From an uncultured delta proteobacterium (GTDB taxonomy: Bacteria > Myxococcota_A > Polyangia > Haliangiales > Haliangiaceae), in contig CAWKDB010000010.1 of assembly GCA_963848295.1 (NCBI GenBank), positions 3,264,001-3,328,000 of the forward strand: a DNA stretch of 64,000 nt, given 5' to 3'. Position 1 is the stretch's first letter. Each line of letters begins with the position of its first letter. Under the pieces are notes generated by a model. It was not told where the DNA came from. It saw only the letters and a program-made list of their open reading frames with translations, and did no database searches. This document shows, piece by piece, positions 29,873-37,778 of the stretch. Made by a program: the position numbers and the translations under genes.

Positions 29873-30996
29873 TAGTCGAGGAGCTGCGCGAAGGCTTGCG
29901 GGACGGCCGCGAGGGGACCGTCGCCGCCCCCGAGCTGCGTGTAGTTGACGGTGCCGTAGGTGTGGTGCAGGGCCGCGGCGATCTTTGGTAATCCGACGGT
30001 GACGAGCTCGTGGAGCGCGCGATCGCGAGCGACGAGCTGCTCGACCTCGGCGAGCCGGCGTTGCTGGACCGCTTCGAGCGCGCCTTCCTGATCGCGCATG
30101 TCGGCTTCGCGCCGGCGCAACTCGAGTGCGACGTCGGCTTGGCTGCGGCCGAGCTCGTGCTCGACCTCTTGCCGGCGCAGCTTGAGCGAACGCTCGTGCT
30201 CGACCTCGAGGGTCGCGCCGCGATGGAGCGCCTCGATCCGCCCGCGCTCTGCTTCGAGCGCCGCGACCTCAGCGGCGGCACGCACCCGGCGTTGTTCCTC
30301 GCCGATCGCGATCGAGTGCAACATGCGATCGCGTTCGAGCTCCGAGCTGCGACGAGCGACGGTCGCCGATACTTCCGCGACATCGCGCTTGCGCTCGAGG
30401 TCGGCGAGCTCGGCGTGCGCGGCGATGCTGGCGCGATACGGCGCCTGGAGATGCGCGAACACTTGCTCGCTCTGGATCGTGACCTGCTGGATCTCGATCG
30501 TGTCGATCACGACGCCCCAGCCCTTCGAGGTCGTATCGTCCGGCGCGCCTTCGCCGCCGACGACCGGCGCGATCTCTTCCATCAGATAGCCGGCGATCGA
30601 TTCTTTGCGCCGGGTCAGGCAGTCCTCGAGCGAGAGGTTCGCGATCAACCGCCGCGCTGCACCGAGGAACATCTCGCGCAAGGTCGTGGCGAGGCGCTCG
30701 CTCGCGGCGACGCCGTCGGAGAAGTCGAGCACGCGAAACGCGAGCAGCGGTTCGGCGATGCGATAGACCGCGATGCCGGTGACCTCGACCCCGACGCGTT
30801 CGCGCGTGATCTGGTCCGCGGTGAACTCGATGCGCTGTAGCGTCGTCGGCACGACCGCCGTAGCGTGCCAGGGCCACTTGAAGATCCTCCGCCCTTGGCC
30901 GCTGCGCGCGCGATCGATCTGGCCTTTGCGCGTGCACACGAGAAACTCGCTCGGCTTGGCACCGACATATCCCCAGCGCTTCTCTTGTTCGGCCAT
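29872..30996 (-). CDS. SPFH/flotillin-like protein
   Basis: ADQITRERVGVEVTGIAVYRI, WGVVIDTIEIQ, coiled-coil C-terminal half. Confidence 0.85.
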   Translation of the reverse strand: MAEQEKRWGYVGAKPSEFLVCTRKGQIDRARSGQGRRIFKWPWHATAVVPTTLQRIEFTADQITRERVGVEVTGIAVYRIAEPLLAFRVLDFSDGVAASERLATTLREMFLGAARRLIANLSLEDCLTRRKESIAGYLMEEIAPVVGGEGAPDDTTSKGWGVVIDTIEIQQVTIQSEQVFAHLQAPYRASIAAHAELADLERKRDVAEVSATVARRSSELERDRMLHSIAIGEEQRRVRAAAEVAALEAERGRIEALHRGATLEVEHERSLKLRRQEVEHELGRSQADVALELRRREADMRDQEGALEAVQQRRLAEVEQLVARDRALHELVTVGLPKIAAALHHTYGTVNYTQLGGGDGPLAAVPQAFAQLLD

Positions 30997-31009
30997 GGTG
31001 CAACGAAAT

Positions 31010-31024
31010 GCAGCCGCCATGCCT
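31010..31024 (-). promoter_or_regulatory. Possible sigma54 promoter of the SPFH gene
   Basis: AGGCATGGCGGCTGC, GG-N10-GC spacing. Confidence 0.35.
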
Positions 31025-31101
31025 CGCTAACCATCGAGGGCGCCGTCCTGAAGCTGCTCGCCGATGAAGCAGCTGCTGCGAATTGGAGCTACAACTCGTG
31101 C

Positions 31102-31413
31102 GTGAGCTGCGCGCGCTGCGAGAACCCCGACGGAAAGGAAAAAACGTGGTGCGCCGACTGCGAGCGCGACTACGACATCTGGGTCCGTCAGCATGCGACC
31201 GACATCATCGGGGCGGTGCTCGGTGGCGCGGCCGTCGTGATGGTGTTCGCGATGCTGCTACCGGCGCTCGGCGTGGGAGTCGTGTACTCCGCCGGTGGTG
31301 CGTTTGGCGGGTTCGGCACGGTCATCGGCGCGACCCGGCTCAACCGCCGCCGCCGCCGCCGGCAGTTCCTCGCCGGTACGCTTCCGCGCGCATACCTCGC
31401 GCCGCCGAAGTAG
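31102..31413 (+). CDS. Small zinc-ribbon membrane protein
   Basis: CARC...CADC, two TM segments, poly-Arg, LPRAYL tail. Confidence 0.7.
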   Translation: MSCARCENPDGKEKTWCADCERDYDIWVRQHATDIIGAVLGGAAVVMVFAMLLPALGVGVVYSAGGAFGGFGTVIGATRLNRRRRRRQFLAGTLPRAYLAPPK

Positions 31414-31422
31414 GATTGCAAC

Positions 31423-32019
31423 ATGATCGGGATCCCCGCGGCGCTCGCGGTTTTCGGTTACGGCGAGTGGGCGACGCACAAGTACTTGCTGCACGGCCTC
31501 GGTCGCAACAAGGCTAGCAAGCTCGCGTTCCACTACCACGGGCATCACCAGGCGGTGCGCCGCAACGGCGGGTACGATCCGGCGTACGAAGGTCCGGTGT
31601 GGAGCACCCCGACGCAAGCGCGCGAGGCGTTCGGGCTCGCCGTCGTCGGGCTCGCGCATGCCCCGCTGTTTCCGATCGCGCCATTCTATACGTCGACGAT
31701 CTGGTACTGCCTGTATCGCTATCGCCGCGATCATCGCCGCGCGCATCTCGATCCGCAGTGGGGCCGCGATCATCTGAGCTGGCACTACGACCATCACATG
31801 GGCGATCAAGACCGCAACTTCGGGGTCGTGTGGTCGTGGTTCGATCAGTTGCATGGCACGCGCGAACAATTCGTCGGCAGCGAGCGCGAGCTCGCGATCC
31901 ACGACAAGCACGCGGCGCGCGCGGACACCGCGAAGGCCGGGGCCGCGCTCCGTGCCCAGCGCCGACGACCGTTGCGCCAGTTGCTCGCCCGGGTGATGGG
32001 CTATTCGCCGTCCCAGTAG
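31423..32019 (+). CDS. Sterol desaturase/fatty-acid hydroxylase superfamily protein
   Basis: HKYLLH, HGHH, HRRAH, HYDHH, NFGV. Confidence 0.85.
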   Translation: MIGIPAALAVFGYGEWATHKYLLHGLGRNKASKLAFHYHGHHQAVRRNGGYDPAYEGPVWSTPTQAREAFGLAVVGLAHAPLFPIAPFYTSTIWYCLYRYRRDHRRAHLDPQWGRDHLSWHYDHHMGDQDRNFGVVWSWFDQLHGTREQFVGSERELAIHDKHAARADTAKAGAALRAQRRRPLRQLLARVMGYSPSQ

Positions 32020-32041
32020 CTGGGGATCCGGATCGTCGCGG

Positions 32042-32539
32042 TCAATTCGGGCGACACGGCGGAAGCTCGACCGCAACCCCGGCGTCGCCGAACACGTCAC
32101 GATCGAACGCCCGCGCCTCTTCACAATCAGTCGAGAGTCCGAACAGCGCGAACGATTCGGTCGTGATCTCGAGCGCGGCGTGCGAAAGCGTGATCCCTCG
32201 CGCCCGGAGGTTCGCGTCGTCGATCGGGCGGGAGAACTGGAGCACGTAGCCAGGCTGATGCAGGTTGTGCGGCGGCAGCGGCTCGACCCGGCACCAGCGA
32301 GAGACCTCCGCCGAGCCGCCGTGCTGCGCCTGCTTCAAGTGGTCGACGAGTGCGTTGCACATCGCGACCGCGTCGAGTGGCTTGCCGGTGATCTCGAAGC
32401 TCGTCCACGTCTCGCCGGTCCGCACGCGAGCGCTGATCGTCCGGCGCGGCCCCGCGGGCTCCGGCTCCGGCTCCGGCTGACTCGGCCGATCGTGCGACGA
32501 GCACGCGACGAGCACGAGCAACGCCGCGGCACGCATCAT
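32042..32539 (-). CDS. Hypothetical lipoprotein
   Basis: Lipobox LVAC; overlaps the kinase stop codon. Confidence 0.65.
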   Translation of the reverse strand: MMRAAALLVLVACSSHDRPSQPEPEPEPAGPRRTISARVRTGETWTSFEITGKPLDAVAMCNALVDHLKQAQHGGSAEVSRWCRVEPLPPHNLHQPGYVLQFSRPIDDANLRARGITLSHAALEITTESFALFGLSTDCEEARAFDRDVFGDAGVAVELPPCRPN

Positions 32540-34794
32540 CCGCGACGATGCGGCACGATCGTCTGAGCGGTCGCGCGTTCGTCGCTCGCCCCCGGCGGTC
32601 GCTGGTCGATCGTGCGACCGGGCATGATGACTTGTTGTTCGCTCGGCGACACCGAAGGGATCGGCGCCGGTGCGGTGTAGCCTTGCCACCAGGCGACCGA
32701 TCGCGCGGTCGTCCAGGCATGGACCTCGGGGATCGGGATCGCGCGTAGTTGGTCCGACAGCATCTGAGCGTCGCGCGGCCGGTCGTCGGCCTCTTTCGCC
32801 AAGCACGACACGATCAAGTCCTCGAGCTCGACCGGGAGCCAGCCCATGACTTGCGGCCGCAGCTCCGGCACCGGCTCGTAGATGTGGCGATGCAGCAGCT
32901 TCGCGTCGCCGACGTCGCGCGAGAACACCTCGCGGCCGGTGAGCAGCCACCACGCGACGCAGCCCAGCGAGTACAGGTCGGCGCGGCCATCGAGCTGCAT
33001 GCCGAGGATCTGCTCGGGTCCCATGAACCCGGGCGTGCCGAGCATCGCGCCGAGCTGGGTCAGCCTCGGGGTCTCGAGCGGCGCCGACGGGATCGGCCCC
33101 TGGGCGTGGCGCACGGTGCCGGGCGGCTCGGACAGCGTCTGGACGATGCCGAAGTCGAGCAGCTTCGCGATGTCGAGCTCATCGGCGGCGCGGCATAGAA
33201 ATAGATTCGGCGGCTTGATGTCGCGATGGAGCATGCCGGCGCGATGTGCTTCGGCGAGCGATGACGCAGCGTCGGCGAGGAATGGGATCACGCGCGCGGC
33301 GGGCTGCGGCCCGTAGCGAACGACGAGCGACTCGAGATCGAGTCCGTCGAGCAGCTCCATGACGTAGTAGAAGACGCCCTCGGCGGTGACGCCGTAGTCG
33401 AAGATCTGGATCGTGTGGCGCGACTTCATCGAGGCGAGCGTCTGGGCTTCGCGGCGAAACCGCTCGCGGATCTCGCCCGCGTACTGCTCGTCGTGCATGA
33501 CCTCGGGCCGGATCAACTTGATCGCCGCCTGGCGGGCGAGCAGCTGGTGTTGCGCGCGCCACACCTCGCCCATGCCGCCGGCGCCGAGCTTCGCGACGAG
33601 CCGATAGCTGCCCATCTCGACGACGCGCGCCTCCGCGACGTTCGCCCGCTGCTTCGATGCCGCGACTTGCTTGCGCATGCGCACCAAGTTCCATGCGAGG
33701 ACGAGCGCGATGCCGACCGCCACCGCCAATGCGCCGGCACTCGCGATCACGCTCGAACGCTCGAGCGCGCGGGTCGGCCCGAGCAGCGTGCTCGTCGGCA
33801 CGACCGTCGCGACGTACCAATCGAGCGGCACCGCGACGCCGGCGCGCTTGCCGCCGATCGGCGCGACCGATGCGAGGTAACCGCCGTCGCTCGCGGTCAA
33901 GCTGAAGAACTCTTGCGTCTTGGGGCCGCGCGCACCGATCGCCGCAAACAGCGCCTCGACCGCCGGGTCGTGCAGATCCTCGTGACGCATCAGCTTGTCG
34001 CTCGACGGCAGCACGTACTGATCGCTCGCCGGGGACGCCAGGATCGTGCCATCGCCGGCGAACACGAACGAGCGCGCGCCGTCGAGCGCGGAGTGGACGA
34101 CGTAACCCGACAGCGTGGTGACATCGAAGTCGACCGTGAGCACGGCGACGAGCACGTGATCCGGCCCGAACACCGGCTCGCTACAGGTGACGCCGGTCGC
34201 GTGCGTCTTCGCGAACGTGTAGGGCTCGGTCCACGCGCGCGCCCCGGTCGTGACCGCGAGCGTGTAGAACGGCCGGGTGCGCGGATCGTAAGACATCATC
34301 TCGTGCATCCGCGGCGCGAGCGCTCCGTTCACGATGGTGAAGCGATGCACGTCGGTGCCGTTCGGAGTGATCCGACTCTCTTGGACCTCGAGCCCGCCGC
34401 TCGGCGTCACGTAGGCGCCGCGAAACGTGCCGGTCGGAAAGCTGACGCTGACGTACGACACCCCGGGCCGGCCGACGAGCAAGTCGTGCATGCGGACGAG
34501 CACCTCGTCGATCGGCTGCGACTCGTCGGCGAACGACGACAGCCGCGCGAGCAACGGATCGGCTTGATCGAGCGCGAACGCGACCTCGGTCTGCGTCGCC
34601 GCCGCTTGTTGCGCCAGCTGATGGCGCGCCATCTGTTCGGTCGCGGTCCGCGTCGCGCCGCGGCCGAGCAGCAAGATGCCGAGGCCGCACGCGACGACGA
34701 TCAGCGGCACCGTGATGATCACGCCGACCGGCGAAGCAAGCGCGCGCGCGAAGCGCGCCGGACCGCGGCCGCCGTCGAACGTCGTCTTAGCCAC
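32536..34794 (-). CDS. Transmembrane Ser/Thr kinase with a Cache-like sensor
   Basis: TM-YDPRTRPFY/WTEPY-TM, then GAGGMGEV, HRDIKPPN, DFG. Confidence 0.9.
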   Translation of the reverse strand: MAKTTFDGGRGPARFARALASPVGVIITVPLIVVACGLGILLLGRGATRTATEQMARHQLAQQAAATQTEVAFALDQADPLLARLSSFADESQPIDEVLVRMHDLLVGRPGVSYVSVSFPTGTFRGAYVTPSGGLEVQESRITPNGTDVHRFTIVNGALAPRMHEMMSYDPRTRPFYTLAVTTGARAWTEPYTFAKTHATGVTCSEPVFGPDHVLVAVLTVDFDVTTLSGYVVHSALDGARSFVFAGDGTILASPASDQYVLPSSDKLMRHEDLHDPAVEALFAAIGARGPKTQEFFSLTASDGGYLASVAPIGGKRAGVAVPLDWYVATVVPTSTLLGPTRALERSSVIASAGALAVAVGIALVLAWNLVRMRKQVAASKQRANVAEARVVEMGSYRLVAKLGAGGMGEVWRAQHQLLARQAAIKLIRPEVMHDEQYAGEIRERFRREAQTLASMKSRHTIQIFDYGVTAEGVFYYVMELLDGLDLESLVVRYGPQPAARVIPFLADAASSLAEAHRAGMLHRDIKPPNLFLCRAADELDIAKLLDFGIVQTLSEPPGTVRHAQGPIPSAPLETPRLTQLGAMLGTPGFMGPEQILGMQLDGRADLYSLGCVAWWLLTGREVFSRDVGDAKLLHRHIYEPVPELRPQVMGWLPVELEDLIVSCLAKEADDRPRDAQMLSDQLRAIPIPEVHAWTTARSVAWWQGYTAPAPIPSVSPSEQQVIMPGRTIDQRPPGASDERATAQTIVPHRRG

Positions 34795-35539
34795 GCGACT
34801 CGTACACGCGTTGTGCCGGCAGCTCGAACGCGGTCAAGAACCCGCCCTTGCCGCAGGCGGTATCGAGGCCGACGCATGACTTGCCGGCCCACAGGTCCGT
34901 CGGATCGTCGGGCGTGTAGCTCGACAGCTCGTTCGGCAACGTGCGCGTCGTCGTGTGACCGAACACGACGAGCTTGCCGCGATAGTTCTCGAAGAAGTCG
35001 CGATCGCGCAGCCACAACAACGCGCGGGGCGGCTCGATCTTCGACGGATGCGGGAAGCCATCGCCGACGCGCTTGATCCCGGCATGGACGTAGATCGCGT
35101 GCTCGTTCTCGTAGAAGAACGGCAACGCGCGCATCCATGCGACGACGTCCTGGGGGAAGAACTTGCCCTCGAGCATCGCGTCGAACTCGTCGTTCGTCGG
35201 CGCCTCGGCTTCGCCGGGGACCGCCTCGCCGCGGAACGAGCGGAACGATTCGAGGCAGCCGTTGCCGCGCGGCAGGATGAACTCCGGCCAGCCCTTGTCG
35301 ATGACGTGCAGCCACGCGTCCTCGTGATTGCCACGCAGCGTGACGACCTTCGCAGGGCCCTTGTCCGCGAACGCGCGCACCCAGGCGATGACGCCGGCGG
35401 AGTCGGGGCCGCGGTCGATGTAGTCCCCGACGAAGACGACCGTGTCGTCGACGGTCAACGGCGGCAGGCGCTCGAACAGCGTCTGCAAGGCCTCTAGATC
35501 CCCGTGAATGTCTCCGACCGCGAAGGTACGACCCGGCAC
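34787..35539 (-). CDS. PPP-family metallophosphoesterase (Ser/Thr phosphatase-like)
   Basis: GDIHG, GDYIDRG, RGNHE, HAG, FGHT. Confidence 0.9.
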   Translation of the reverse strand: MPGRTFAVGDIHGDLEALQTLFERLPPLTVDDTVVFVGDYIDRGPDSAGVIAWVRAFADKGPAKVVTLRGNHEDAWLHVIDKGWPEFILPRGNGCLESFRSFRGEAVPGEAEAPTNDEFDAMLEGKFFPQDVVAWMRALPFFYENEHAIYVHAGIKRVGDGFPHPSKIEPPRALLWLRDRDFFENYRGKLVVFGHTTTRTLPNELSSYTPDDPTDLWAGKSCVGLDTACGKGGFLTAFELPAQRVYESRG

Positions 35540-35646
35540 GACGCCATCTTAGTGTAGGAAGCCGCGACGATCTCGCTCGGGTGTCGGCTTTGACCACGCC
35601 GATTTCAAGGCTTTGCACTGGCACGCCAAGTGGAGATACTGGACCC

Positions 35647-36348
35647 ATGCGGTATTCCCTCGTCGCGGTGGCCCTCGGAGTGTTGTCGGCGACCGCATAC
35701 GCGCAGGCGCCGGGCATGTACGACGCCGGTCCGCCAAGCGGTTCGGACCAGTTGCTGCCCGTCGTGCTGCCGGTCGCGGTGGTTCCGGTGCGCCCGTCGG
35801 TGATGGCGAATCGCTGGGCGGTCGGGCTCTCGGTCGGCGGGATGTCGCTGGAGCAGCACGGTGCGAACCAACCATCGAAGTTCAACATCGCCGAGCTCGG
35901 GCTGCGGTTTCGCATGACGCTCCACCTCGAGCTCGAGGCGAGCCTCGCGGGCGGCGGCGAGAAGCAAGACGGCGGCGATCAAGTCAGCGGCTTTGCGCTC
36001 ACCGCGCGCTATCGGTTCGCGCCGGAGCGTCGGTGGAACTGGTGGCTGCTCGGCGGCGCCGGCGTGATCGGCGTCGTGCCAACCGGCGCGACCGATCAGG
36101 AGAAGAGCGACGCGACGCGCGAAGAGCTCCACGCCGGCATCGGCCTCGAGCGCCGGTTCCACCGCTTCGCGCTGCAGGCCGAGCTGCGCGCGATCGCGAC
36201 CGGTCCCTCGAAAGGCGAGAGCGACGGTACCACGACGGTGATGCCGACCGCGGGTCGCAGTCCGATGACGACGCCGCCGACCGACTCGACGACCCCGACG
36301 GGCATGGCAGGCGGTCAGCTCACGATCGGCGCAAGCTTCTACTTCTAG
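35647..36348 (+). CDS. Outer-membrane beta-barrel protein
   Basis: Signal peptide; C-terminal ASFYF. Confidence 0.7.
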   Translation: MRYSLVAVALGVLSATAYAQAPGMYDAGPPSGSDQLLPVVLPVAVVPVRPSVMANRWAVGLSVGGMSLEQHGANQPSKFNIAELGLRFRMTLHLELEASLAGGGEKQDGGDQVSGFALTARYRFAPERRWNWWLLGGAGVIGVVPTGATDQEKSDATREELHAGIGLERRFHRFALQAELRAIATGPSKGESDGTTTVMPTAGRSPMTTPPTDSTTPTGMAGGQLTIGASFYF

Positions 36349-36647
36349 CCGCGGGCCCCGTCTCGCGAGCTTGAAGTTGGCACGGCGTCCGCCTCGCAGT
36401 CGATCGCTGCGAGATCACGAGCGCTTCGCGCGGCTGCCTTGCGAGGGCGCCCCGGCCTCGCTCGGGCGACGGCGCAGGCGCTGGTGGTTCCGGCGCCTCC
36501 GCGTAGCGACGCCGCTGCGCGGCGATCGCGCTTGCGCGCGAGTTGGAGTTTCTTACCGCGGGGCCGCGCGTCTCATCGCGCGCCTGCCCTCGGCTCCCCG
36601 AGGCTGTCCCTCGCGGCGACGCCGCGCTCAGCTGCGAGATCGCGAAC
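36345..36647 (+). repeat. Dispersed structured ~300-nt repeat, copy 1
   Basis: 27-nt block GCTTCGCGCGGCTGCCTTGCGAGGGCG and 21-nt block CGCGTCTCATCGCGCGCCTGC are identical in copies 1-3. Confidence 0.9.
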
Positions 36648-36847
36648 GTCAGCGCTTGCGGCAGTGGACGAATTGCTGGCCAGTTCGCGTCGTGCTTGTG
36701 CGTGTCTGGCTCAGACGGATCGCCTCGCGCAGCTGGCCGCCCCGTTCGCGGAATTCGTCGCGCGGAGCGCAGCTCCGCGAAGCCGGGACGCGTGAAGGAC
36801 GCGTGAACCGGCGCACCTGGTGCAATGCAAGCGCGTAACTTCGCGTC

Positions 36848-37351
36848 ATGTCGAAAGGCGCACGCGTTGGGCTGGTCGCTGCCATTGCACTTGCGAGCGG
36901 GTGCATGAACGCCAACCAAACGATGGCAACGCTCGCGGGGTTTGGTGTGATCGCTGGCGCCGGCATGATCGCAGGGGGAGCCGTGCTATGCAGCGGACAG
37001 TCTTGCCTTCAATTTCAAGAAGAGCCCTCTAGCCCATCAGTCGGAGCGCAAGTTGGCACGCCCTTGTTGATCGTCGGAGTGGGGACCGTGATCGCGTCGG
37101 TCGTGCTCGAGATCATTGCTGGCCACAGGGAGGTTACGCACGGTGAAACTGTTCCGGCGTCGAGCGACGCCGACGCCGACGCCGCGCTAGCAAGAGCAAA
37201 ACAGCAGGCCGCAGCTGCCCTCGCTCGCGATGGTCATTGCGCCACGGTCAAGACGATCGCGAACCAGGTCCGCAGCCTCGACGAGGATTACTACTCTCGC
37301 GTGTTTGTCTTGGAGCCCGCGATTGCGGCGTGCTTGAGCGCGGCGCGGTAA
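36848..37351 (+). CDS. Lipoprotein with atypical (more AT-ending) codon usage
   Basis: Lipobox LASGC; C-terminal ARDGHC...VFVLEPAIAACL; TAACTT box 6 nt upstream. Confidence 0.7.
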   Translation: MSKGARVGLVAAIALASGCMNANQTMATLAGFGVIAGAGMIAGGAVLCSGQSCLQFQEEPSSPSVGAQVGTPLLIVGVGTVIASVVLEIIAGHREVTHGETVPASSDADADAALARAKQQAAAALARDGHCATVKTIANQVRSLDEDYYSRVFVLEPAIAACLSAAR

Positions 37352-37374
37352 TTTTTGTAGCTCGGTCCGCTCGG

Positions 37375-37447
37375 TTACCCCAGGGCGACGGCGGACTCGG
37401 AGGCGGCAACGATGAGCAGGCACAGCACGAAAACAGTGGATCTTCAT
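37375..37447 (-). pseudogene. Signal-peptide remnant of a lost gene
   Basis: ATG plus one extra base, then RSTVFVLCLLIVAASESAVALG*. Confidence 0.35.
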
Positions 37448-37474
37448 CCACAACGCCTGCACTCGTGCGCGAGC

Positions 37475-37768
37475 GCTCGCGATCACGTCGCTGAGTGCGG
37501 CGCGCCGCGAGGGACAGCCACGGAGAGCGAGTGCAGGCGCGCGATGAGACGCGAGGATCTTTGTGAAACACCTGCTCGCGCCCCAGCGCGATCGCCGGGT
37601 TGCGGCGTCGCTTCGCGAAGACGCTGGAACCACCGCGGCCTGCGCCGTAGCACGAGCGGATCCGGGTCGCCCTCGCAAGGCAGCCGCGCGAAGCTCTCGC
37701 GCGTACTCCGGTCGAAGACTGCGCGGTGGGCGCCGGGCCAACTGCAAGCTCGCGAGACGGGGCCCGGC
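37475..37768 (-). repeat. Dispersed structured repeat, copy 2 (inverted relative to copy 1)
   Basis: Shared blocks at 37668-37694 and 37533-37553; 5' end GGGCCCCGTCTCGCGAGCTTG as in copy 1. Confidence 0.9.
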
Positions 37769-37778
37769 GAGACTCTAG

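Noticed and set aside
36345..36647. Repeat as a canonical integron attC site, CRISPR repeat, tRNA or group II intron remnant
   Set aside because: No RYYYAAC/GTTRRRY ends, longer than typical attC, no regular spacers, no cloverleaf or TTCGA arm, no domain V motif.
36371..36838. Similar ORFs (RATAQALVVPA...) across the repeat copies as a protein family
   Set aside because: They result from translating the non-coding repeat; indels shift the frame between copies and there is no codon bias.
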